IMG/VR virus record: IMGVR_UViG_3300045988_063953 | Origin: a virus | Length of the DNA stretch: 64,000 nt | Strand: one strand, 5' to 3' | In this document: positions 56,772 through 63,725 of the stretch, in pieces | Numbering within the stretch: position 1 is the stretch's first letter | Layout: each line of letters begins with the position of its first letter | Notes under the pieces: generated by a model | What the model saw: the letters and a program-made list of their open reading frames with translations, nothing else | Databases searched by the model: none | Told to the model about the DNA's origin: nothing | Position numbers and translations under genes: made by a program

Positions 56772-56985
56772 CTTTAATCTTATTAATGTTTTCTATTTCA
56801 AGTTTAATACTATCATTAGTTTTGATTTTATCATCAATATCTAACTCAGCATTTTTAATAATAACATCAGTATCCTTTTCAGCTTTGAATATAATACCTG
56901 CAAGTACAAGTATTAGAACAACAGTTAATTCTATAATAAGAATAGTACCTGCTTTTTCAACAAACTTTTTAGCAATTTCAATCAT
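56695..56985 (-). CDS. small N-terminally anchored membrane protein with charged coiled-coil tail (holin or i-spanin-like)
   Basis: 96 aa. Its ATG overlaps the stop of the endolysin-like gene (TAATG). It has the transmembrane stretch GTILIIELTVVLILVLAGIIF followed by a K/D/E-rich helix. Confidence 0.6.
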   Translation of the reverse strand: MIEIAKKFVEKAGTILIIELTVVLILVLAGIIFKAEKDTDVIIKNAELDIDDKIKTNDSIKLEIENINKIKDAEVIEISSLDNDSTVKLFYKLVKE

Positions 56986-57599
56986 TACAAGTCCTCCTCA
57001 TTAAGTAATGTATAAGTAAAAGTTTTACCATTGCTATTAGCTATTTGATTATCACAAAGTTTCATAAAGGTTGTAAAATCACTACTATTAGCAAATACTT
57101 GACAAGCAGCAGACCATTTATCAACTTGCGTACTATTATTACCTGCTTTATGAATATTAACACCAAACAAACCAAAATCAGTATGATTAGGCTCTAAATC
57201 ATAAACAGAATCTCTATTATTATCACGATAAACTGTTACAGGTTTACGTTGACAAAGAGCTTTATACTTACCTTGATGAAATCCAATTTCCCAACAACCT
57301 CTATATTGATTAGGAACTAATATACCAGTACCTTTACTATTAGCAGGATTGTTCATATAATAAAGTCCTGGTTTAGTAGTAATCTCAAAACATTTACGAA
57401 CAACAACATCATTGTTATCTTTGTAAATTACTACAAGAACATCATCAAACTTGTTTGTTACCCTTTTATTGGTATTACTCCTAACACCAATAATATTCAG
57501 ATTATAATTACCTCTTGTAAAATAAGTATAACCTTTCTTTTCAAGAAGTGTTTTGAAATCATAATTAGCACATCGTGCTTTCAAATTTGTTTTAATCAT
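56985..57599 (-). CDS. putative peptidoglycan hydrolase (endolysin candidate)
   Basis: 204 aa, soluble. GVNIHKAG...VDKWSAACQVF resembles the H...S-x-G/A-C catalytic signature of cell-wall-active enzymes. It is followed by two small membrane proteins. The family assignment is uncertain. Confidence 0.45.
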   Translation of the reverse strand: MIKTNLKARCANYDFKTLLEKKGYTYFTRGNYNLNIIGVRSNTNKRVTNKFDDVLVVIYKDNNDVVVRKCFEITTKPGLYYMNNPANSKGTGILVPNQYRGCWEIGFHQGKYKALCQRKPVTVYRDNNRDSVYDLEPNHTDFGLFGVNIHKAGNNSTQVDKWSAACQVFANSSDFTTFMKLCDNQIANSNGKTFTYTLLNEEDL

Positions 57600-57602
57600 A
57601 AC

Positions 57603-58595
57603 TTAAAATAAACTAAGTTCTTTATTTTGTTTAATACTATTAGCTTTTAGATAACTAAGTCTATCAGCTAAAACTAAATCAGCTTCTTTACTTAAATAAT
57701 TAATTCTAAACCACTTAACAGTTTCTTCACCATCAGGGTCAATAGGATACTGATTATTAGTATCTCTAAAAGGTTGTCCATAAGCATTCTTTACAAAAGG
57801 ACTACCAATATGACAAAGACCTAAACCTTTACAAGGAATATCAAGAATAAGTTCAACCATCTTAGCATACATAGATAATTGCATAGTATAATGACTACCA
57901 TTACAATTAGGAAGATGATTAAGAGGAGGTAACATACGTTCATCTTTTCTTACCCATTCATTAGTAAGTTGTGCAGGATTAGTAGTCTTATCTTTTTTGA
58001 AATAACCACTTTCAAATATAAGACCATTACGATTAGTCTTCCAATCAAGAATGACAAAATCAGTAGGTCTGTAACAAAGAATATCAATAGTTCCACTTAT
58101 AAGATAATCCATAAGAAAAGAACCAATCTCAGAATAAATTACATATCCTAATTTAGTATAGTGGTCAAACACTCTATAAATCTCAGGATATTTATTATTA
58201 GTAGCCTCTTTGAAGTTATCAACATCAAGAGGTTGAGGAATCATCTGAGGAATATCAGCAACAGTAACACAACGACCTGTTTGAATATTAGTAAGATATT
58301 GAATAGCATTCTTAAACATACTAACATCTTTAATTGCATTCTCAATACCATTATGTGTTTTACTACCACGGGCACAAGCCTCATCAGTAACATCTTGCCA
58401 TTGTTTAGCAAGAGTTTTTTCACTTATACCAAGTTCCTTACTTTTCTTATGAAGCCAATATTTCTTATTAAACTCAGGACAATAATTGTCATGAATTAAA
58501 GTAGTAACACTGACATAAGGATTACCTGCACTATCAGTATATTTATGACCTTCTTCTTGAAAATAAAGAAAATTACTCAAATATCTTTCGTCCAT
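57603..58595 (-). CDS. PD-(D/E)XK family nuclease (RecB/Cas4-like exonuclease)
   Basis: 330 aa with GTIDILCY...FVILDWKTN (D...D/E-x-K) and a downstream MQLSMYAKM (QxxxY), the usual motif order of RecB-type nuclease domains. Confidence 0.7.
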   Translation of the reverse strand: MDERYLSNFLYFQEEGHKYTDSAGNPYVSVTTLIHDNYCPEFNKKYWLHKKSKELGISEKTLAKQWQDVTDEACARGSKTHNGIENAIKDVSMFKNAIQYLTNIQTGRCVTVADIPQMIPQPLDVDNFKEATNNKYPEIYRVFDHYTKLGYVIYSEIGSFLMDYLISGTIDILCYRPTDFVILDWKTNRNGLIFESGYFKKDKTTNPAQLTNEWVRKDERMLPPLNHLPNCNGSHYTMQLSMYAKMVELILDIPCKGLGLCHIGSPFVKNAYGQPFRDTNNQYPIDPDGEETVKWFRINYLSKEADLVLADRLSYLKANSIKQNKELSLF

Positions 58596-58652
58596 AACTT
58601 AATTAAATAAACGGAATAATACCAAGAGAAACAGCTTTAGTAGCAATAGGTT

Positions 58653-59060
58653 TTACACTCTTACTTTAACACGTCTGTAACGATATGCGTGTGGAGGAAG
58701 TTCATACGTTGTAGTAACGACACCATTTTCTGTAAGTTTCTCTATACGTTGTTTAATAATATCAACTGCCATAGCACGTGCAACATTTCTTCCTTTAATA
58801 AGTACAAATGTTATTTTAATAATAAAATTAAGATGTTGTGGAAGGTCATTAAAAGCCTCTGTAACATAATTATTAATTCTATTAACAGAAACAGCATCTG
58901 AATGACAAGCTACAATATTAATTTCAGTAACTTTATCTTTTTTAAGTTGTTCAAGTTTACGAAAATCAACTTTAATATCTCTCACTCTCATACTTATTTG
59001 ATACTTTGGCATAAGATATTTAATATCTACTACAGCCACTTTTGGAGTACGATGTTTCAT
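58653..59060 (-). CDS. hypothetical protein
   Basis: 135-aa ORF, tightly packed with the upstream gene. Confidence 0.55.
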   Translation of the reverse strand: MKHRTPKVAVVDIKYLMPKYQISMRVRDIKVDFRKLEQLKKDKVTEINIVACHSDAVSVNRINNYVTEAFNDLPQHLNFIIKITFVLIKGRNVARAMAVDIIKQRIEKLTENGVVTTTYELPPHAYRYRRVKVRV

Positions 59061-59066
59061 ATTATC

Positions 59067-59681
59067 TTAATAATCTTCACTATTCATAGAACTAAGAAGA
59101 GATTTACCACCACGAGTAACTTCTGTTTGTTGCTCATATAAAAGATTTTGTTTAGCCTCTTCAAGTTTTTTTAGAATAGATGGAACTTCACTTGCTTTTT
59201 TATTAACACTATCTACCATAACAAGAATGTTAGGTAAATCTTCAAGAGTAATATTAGAATTGAGTTTCTCGTTTAGTATTCTATTAATAGCACTAACACT
59301 AAGATTAATATTATGAATACCTTGAAGAATATTCTCAACTACTTTACCTGCTTCAGTAATATTTTGATGATAATATTTCTTAATTAATGCAAGAACTAAA
59401 GAATCAGGTATATAATCAGGTCTAAGACCTGCTTGTTCAATAGCCATTTTAAGAGCCTCAGCTTCACTAAGTCCAGCTTGTCTTGCAGGAGATTTTGGGT
59501 CACCAAGATAATATATGATAACGCATTCAGCCATATACCTATGTTTATCCTTAGAATTATCTCTTCTAAAAAGTTCCTTTACATCTCTATCAATAAGCTG
59601 TCTAATAGTAGGCGGACAAGGCATACCTGTATCATCAAGATTGATAAGATTATCAATGATGAGTTTATTAGGATTGCTCAT
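59067..59681 (-). CDS. hypothetical protein (start moved to MSNPNKL)
   Basis: The track start at 59726 overlaps the upstream gene. The ATG at 59681-59679 lies 8 nt after the upstream stop at 59689-59691. Confidence 0.55.
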   Translation of the reverse strand: MSNPNKLIIDNLINLDDTGMPCPPTIRQLIDRDVKELFRRDNSKDKHRYMAECVIIYYLGDPKSPARQAGLSEAEALKMAIEQAGLRPDYIPDSLVLALIKKYYHQNITEAGKVVENILQGIHNINLSVSAINRILNEKLNSNITLEDLPNILVMVDSVNKKASEVPSILKKLEEAKQNLLYEQQTEVTRGGKSLLSSMNSEDY

Positions 59682-59688
59682 AATCAAC

Positions 59689-60171
59689 TTAGTTATCTGA
59701 TGAAACAACTTCTGCAGTATGACCAAAGTATAACTTTAGTTGTGCATAGTTACTATTATAAGTATTACAAAGTCTACGATATAATCTTCTATTATGATTA
59801 GCTGCAATACTACATATATACTTATAATATCTATTATTCTTAGCTTTGTTCTTATTCTCAGCAGCAAGTTGATTTCTAAATAAGATATATTCATTACCTT
59901 TTAGAAGTTCTTTTGCTTCATCAAGAAGACCCTCAGCTCTTTGTTGTATAAGAATAACTTTATCAGCAGGTACTCTAATACTACCTAAATTAGGTATTCC
60001 AGTCCAACGTCCACTATTAATAAAGTTAGCAGCATCAGTTTCTAATTGTTCAATAAGCGCAAGAGCAACTTCTTTATCTGTGATATTCACATCAATAGTG
60101 TTTATAATATCTTCTTTACGAACTACTTTAATAGAATAACCACCATTTGGAAATTTAATTTCTCTAACCAT
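59689..60171 (-). CDS. hypothetical protein
   Basis: 160-aa ORF and the first gene after the hairpin at 60197-60219. Confidence 0.55.
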   Translation of the reverse strand: MVREIKFPNGGYSIKVVRKEDIINTIDVNITDKEVALALIEQLETDAANFINSGRWTGIPNLGSIRVPADKVILIQQRAEGLLDEAKELLKGNEYILFRNQLAAENKNKAKNNRYYKYICSIAANHNRRLYRRLCNTYNSNYAQLKLYFGHTAEVVSSDN

Positions 60172-60180
60172 TGTTTCACT

Positions 60181-60219
60181 ATTAAATTAAACTATAGGGA
60201 GAGGCACGATACCTCCCCC
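60181..60219 (-). terminator. hairpin/terminator built from motif copy 15
   Basis: On the minus-strand RNA, GGGGGAGG pairs with CCUCUCCC across a 7-nt loop (8 bp, one G-U wobble), followed by UAUAGUUUAAUUUAAU. On the plus strand the same position would be a C-A mismatch. Confidence 0.5.
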
Positions 60220-60232
60220 GTAAAAGCAATGT
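60213..60232 (+). repeat. GC-rich dispersed motif copy 15 (CTCCCCCGTAAAAGCAATGT)
   Basis: Exact core, ending 2 nt from the stop of gene 60235..60759. Its C-run pairs with GGGAGAGG at 60197-60204. Confidence 0.95.
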
Positions 60233-60234
60233 GA

Positions 60235-60759
60235 TTAGTTCTCTGTATCACTAACCTCAGTAATATAATCAGCTTTAATTGGATTATGTACTCCAATAAC
60301 TGCATTAATATTACAATTAGGAACTAACTTAAACTCAACAAAACGATAAATATTCTTATCAGAAAAAGAAGTCTTACGAACATTATCATCTCCTGCTAAA
60401 AGAGCAGAAACTTTATTAAGCGAAAGTTGATTATAAGAATTAGGAACGTGAATAGCTAAAGAAAGATTACCACTTGTTATAGTAAGAATATCTTTAGTAT
60501 TAATTCCTTTAATAAACTCACTATCTGTTTTACCTGCTTTTACAAACATTGGAACAACAGCAACATTAGCAGGAACATTCTTCATATTAAGAACTTGACT
60601 AATAGTAGTGCTATAAACTAAAGCTACAAGAGAATATTCAGGAGCAACCTTAATATGTTCTGTAACTTCTATAAGATACACAGGATTAATCTCATCAATA
60701 CTTGTTGGAAGATTAAGAATTACTTTACCTTTTTCGGTATTAACTGTAATACTATTCAT
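60235..60759 (-). CDS. hypothetical protein, first gene of the minus-strand block
   Basis: 174-aa ORF bordering the 1.6-kb ORF-free region. Confidence 0.6.
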   Translation of the reverse strand: MNSITVNTEKGKVILNLPTSIDEINPVYLIEVTEHIKVAPEYSLVALVYSTTISQVLNMKNVPANVAVVPMFVKAGKTDSEFIKGINTKDILTITSGNLSLAIHVPNSYNQLSLNKVSALLAGDDNVRKTSFSDKNIYRFVEFKLVPNCNINAVIGVHNPIKADYITEVSDTEN

Positions 60760-60922
60760 ACTATCAAAATCTTTAATTAATTATTATAATATATTATTTA
60801 TATAATACTAATCTTAGTACTGAAAGCAAAGATAAACAATATATTCCAAATAGTCAAGTAACTATATAATAAATGTGTTAAATTTAATATCTGTTTAGAC
60901 ATTAGTTAAAATTAGTGAAATT

Positions 60923-60954
60923 CTTGGAACTATAAATTATAATGCTTACATTTG
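60923..60954 (+). promoter_or_regulatory. possible promoter (CTTG-N20-TACATTTG) in the ORF-free region
   Basis: TACATTTG at 60947-60954 fits TAnnTTTG. The -33 position has CTTG (60923-60926). It points toward the terminator-like hairpin at 61521-61557. Confidence 0.3.
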
Positions 60955-61520
60955 GTGTCAAAGTTAATGTTATAGTGTTACTGATGTTCATACTGATAGT
61001 GGTATTTATCTTGATAGGCTATTGGACGATAATGCTAAAGATATTACAATGAAGTTAATAACATTGATAGTTGTAATAAACGAAATAAAACTCGTATAAG
61101 CATTACAGATGGTTTTTAAGTTATGTTTCTATATACTGAACGTTTAAGTGACGCAAGATATATTAACTAACAGATTTAGCCTGATACTGTTTGAGGGTCT
61201 ATATTACTTACCCAACGTAGTTGTCGTTTTGATAACGGAGATACTTTTGGTAATAGTGTAAAACTCTACCTCTTACGGAAACCACTCGTCCTCTTATTAG
61301 ATGTCCTGCTTTTGATAAAAAGTTTTTCAGCATTTCAGAAAATAAAAAATTTTTCTATTTTTCAAGCAGGTACTCTAATAATCAAGACCGAATTGTGTCC
61401 TTATGTGAACCGTCCTATTCTTGGTTATATATTTTTAATGTACGTTCGTCTTATACATTTAATTGTTAATTTTCAAACATTCGGATAATGTGCTACATTT
61501 ACTGCTTATGTAAATGGTTG

Positions 61521-61557
61521 AGGCTACTGCTTGTGAAAGTAGTAGCCTTAATTTTTA
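61521..61557 (+). terminator. terminator-like hairpin in the ORF-free region
   Basis: AGGCTACT/AGTAGCCT 8-bp stem with a 12-nt loop, followed by TAATTTTTAT on the plus strand only. Confidence 0.5.
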
Positions 61558-62128
61558 TCGTATGTTTGAGAGTGTTGTAGAATGTTGTCCTGAGTTGAAT
61601 AGTGTTATAGCTTGTTGTTCTATTGAATTTTCTCTTATTGGTACAATAAGAGAAAGAAATGCTCTTGCTTATGTTCCAGATAAGATTAGACAAAGCATTA
61701 CATGGCTTTTACGGGGGAGCTATCCATCCAAGTGTTTGACTAAATGATAGTATTAATAGCAATATAAGAGAATTTTAATATGAAAAACATACTCTTACAC
61801 TTTATAACACACGAATAACATTCTACAACTTGGAACAACATACGATAGTAGTAGTGAAAGAAGTGCCGAAGAATATCATTAAAAAGATGTTGAAGATAAT
61901 ATTGAAAGTAGTGAAATTAATATTGTTTATTTAATGTCTGAAAGTAATGCTGATTAAATTTATAATAATATTAACCTTGAAAGAATTGTAATATGTGACA
62001 TTAATGATGCTTTTGTATTACTAATACTTATAATTAAATATATTATGAAACATATAATACAGAAAATACTATTGTAAAGACTGATACTATAGAAAATAAA
62101 AATGAACTTAATATTGTGAAAGGAAGTA
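61534..62128 (+). repeat. iteron-like TGAAAGWARTG repeats (6 copies)
   Basis: TGAAAG starts at 61534, 61855, 61903, 61939, 61978 and 62117, each followed by a similar (A/T)A(G/A)T(G/A) tail. All are on the plus strand within the ORF-free region. Confidence 0.5.
61700..61719 (-). repeat. GC-rich dispersed motif copy 16 (CTCCCCCGTAAAAGCCATGT)
   Basis: Exact core on the minus strand inside the ORF-free control region. Confidence 0.9.
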
Positions 62129-62325
62129 ATGAAAAATATATTAAACAATATAAAGAAATAGTAGAGGTGAATGTGTTTTTATAAACAAGTATATAGATAA
62201 TGGTACTTTATAAATAAGAATGTGTGCCATTGCACTTTAAGCCCCTCCCTTAATTAATCGTCTTCAAAGTCCCCCACCTTGTCTTGGAACTTCTACCTCA
62301 AACTAAACCGAACAAAATCCTCAAT

Positions 62326-62349
62326 CTAAACAGAACAAAGTCTGGTATT
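62326..62349 (+). promoter_or_regulatory. CTAAACAGAACAAAGTCTGGTATT element, copy 1
   Basis: It ends 19 nt upstream of the ATG at 62369 and is related to the copies at 62894 and 63589. Confidence 0.35.
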
Positions 62350-62368
62350 AACATTCAAACTTACACTT

Positions 62369-62593
62369 ATGAAGTATATTATTAGATTTATTGCAGCTAT
62401 TCCTATGATAGCTGCTGCTATTGGTTCTATTGCAGGGTTTGTACTTGCGATAGATTATCCTATTGTTGCTCTTTATGCAGTATCTTCTGTTTACACTACT
62501 GCTATTTGTATTGAGCACTATGAGAGTACTGTTCGTACTCTTATTAATATTATTAGAGTTCTTTGCGATAAAACACCTTGTTATGATGAATAA
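62369..62593 (+). CDS. small membrane protein
   Basis: 74 aa with two hydrophobic segments (IAAIPMIAAAIGSIAGFVLAI and IVALYAVSSVYTTAICI). First plus-strand ORF after the control region. Confidence 0.55.
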   Translation: MKYIIRFIAAIPMIAAAIGSIAGFVLAIDYPIVALYAVSSVYTTAICIEHYESTVRTLINIIRVLCDKTPCYDE

Positions 62594-62840
62594 GGTAGTT
62601 TATATTGCTACACTGACAGAAGATACTAACGTGTATTCTGTTGGTACTATTAGCACTCTGACTATGTATGATAGATATAATCTTTATGATTATATTCTTA
62701 ATGCAAAAGGATATGATTTTAGTACTTTACTTCGTGATTTTAACAACGACGATGATATACTTAGTACTATATTTCATGCTGATGGAGTAGTTAATAGTAA
62801 TATTAGTCTTAAATTGACAAAGACAATATTACTAATATGA
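62583..62840 (+). CDS. hypothetical small protein (start moved to MMNKVVY)
   Basis: The ATG at 62583 overlaps the upstream stop. The earlier part of the track ORF (from 62463) is the out-of-frame overlap with the previous gene. Confidence 0.5.
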   Translation: MMNKVVYIATLTEDTNVYSVGTISTLTMYDRYNLYDYILNAKGYDFSTLLRDFNNDDDILSTIFHADGVVNSNISLKLTKTILLI

Positions 62841-62998
62841 ACTTAATATTGATAGTAGTCTTAGTGCTACTATTGATGTTTGTACTACTTATTCTAAACA
62901 AAACAAATTTTGGTATTGAGAAAGACTTGATACTATTCATTTTATTAATTATTAAACATTATTTATTATGGAAAAGAAACAAGTTATTGAGCAGTTAG
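62837..62998 (+). CDS. possible 53-aa double-hydrophobic micro-protein
   Basis: ATGA overlap with the upstream stop, and two hydrophobic stretches. However, it contains the CTAAACAAAACAAA element and overlaps the next ORF by 31 nt, so it may be noncoding. Confidence 0.3.
   Translation: MNLILIVVLVLLLMFVLLILNKTNFGIEKDLILFILLIIKHYLLWKRNKLLSS
62894..62917 (+). promoter_or_regulatory. CTAAACAAAACAAATTTTGGTATT element, copy 2
   Basis: It ends 50 nt upstream of the ATG at 62968. Confidence 0.35.
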
Positions 62999-63459
62999 TG
63001 AAGAATGGTGCAAAGAGTGTAAAGAACCTCAAGGTAAATGGTGTGAACCTTAATCCTAAGGATAATTACATTAGTGTTTCACTTAGTCTTGACAAGCCTG
63101 TCAGAGGTTATGTTGGACAAGATGATGGAACATTTGTTGAAGGTGAACGCAATGTTGTATTTATTTCATTGTTCTCTATTGCTGCTCAGCTTAGAGATGA
63201 TGAGAATGCTTCATTCGCTGTTAATCACATTCTTGCAAACCCTAAAGCACTTAGTGTTCTTCTTAGTGGTGCTACTATTGACATTCTTCAAGAAGATGTC
63301 GTTAGTGGACAAGAGTACCACAATCCTTGGTCAAGTAATGCTGATAACGTGTCTGTGTTTGACCACGACACTATCATCAACCATCTCATCAACATCAAGA
63401 TGAGCGACAAGGCGAACAAGATGCTCGAAAAGCTCGCAGAGTCGATGATGGGCATTTAG
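62968..63459 (+). CDS. hypothetical protein
   Basis: 163-aa ORF followed by a strong terminator. The last ~100 nt switch to C/G-ending codons. Confidence 0.6.
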   Translation: MEKKQVIEQLVKNGAKSVKNLKVNGVNLNPKDNYISVSLSLDKPVRGYVGQDDGTFVEGERNVVFISLFSIAAQLRDDENASFAVNHILANPKALSVLLSGATIDILQEDVVSGQEYHNPWSSNADNVSVFDHDTIINHLINIKMSDKANKMLEKLAESMMGI

Positions 63460-63474
63460 TTACTCGAAAGATTG

Positions 63475-63513
63475 GAGCAAGTGGAGAGAAATCTCTGCTT
63501 GCTCTTTTCTTTT
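63475..63513 (+). terminator. intrinsic terminator after ORF 62968..63459
   Basis: GAGCAAG...CTTGCTC outer stem with an inner AGAGA/TCTCT pairing, followed by TTTTCTTTT. Confidence 0.8.
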
Positions 63514-63588
63514 CATCAAAAGCAGAACTTGTTTCATCAACAAGTTTGCTCTTCGTTCTCACACCAAACAAAACATATCTTGCTCATA

Positions 63589-63610
63589 CTAAACAAAACA
63601 AATTTCGGAC
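63589..63610 (+). promoter_or_regulatory. CTAAACAAAACAAATTTCGGAC element, copy 3
   Basis: It ends 115 nt upstream of the ATG at 63726 and is followed by a hairpin-rich leader. Confidence 0.35.
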
Positions 63611-63725
63611 TTACAAGCTACATCGAACTTCAATTAAGTGTTCGACAAGTCGTGCACTTGTAAGCCGAGTAACACTTTCTTGTAAGTGTTCAGTACAATA
63701 ATTAATAACTAAACGATAAATAATT

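Noticed and set aside
60186-60204. ATTAAACTATAGGGAGAGG matches the 3' half of a T7 class III promoter (ACTATAGGGAGA, 12 nt).
   Set aside because: The upstream half of the T7 promoter is absent, and no single-subunit T7-like RNAP is visible in the window. The match points away from any plus-strand gene. The G-run is better explained as one arm of the minus-strand hairpin that pairs with GC-rich motif copy 15.
1034-61719. The GC-rich motif copies read as a CRISPR array, or as ends of a MITE or IS family.
   Set aside because: The spacing is kilobases rather than 25-50 nt, and the orientation is mixed, so this is not a CRISPR array. I see no target-site duplications, no transposase, and no conserved internal sequence between paired copies. 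Most copies are solitary and in frame within essential-looking genes.
61499-61747. ORFs 61499..61693 (minus) and 61514..61747 (plus) in the control region.
   Set aside because: They overlap each other on opposite strands and span a terminator-like hairpin and a motif copy. Their composition is not coding-like, and they lie in an otherwise ORF-free regulatory region.
60760-62368. tRNA genes, which are common in crAss-like genomes, in the long noncoding region and other spacers.
   Set aside because: Reading the spacers on both strands, I could find no cloverleaf-compatible acceptor and T-arm pairing and no GTTCGAATC-like T-loop. A proper tRNAscan run would still be worthwhile.
63472-63663. 63-aa ORF (MEQVERNL...) that shares the peptide ILNKTNFG with the possible 53-aa ORF at 62837.
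   Set aside because: It begins at a TTG inside the terminator stem and runs through two hairpins. The shared peptide simply reflects the shared CTAAACAAAACAAATTT nucleotide element, which happens to be open in that frame.
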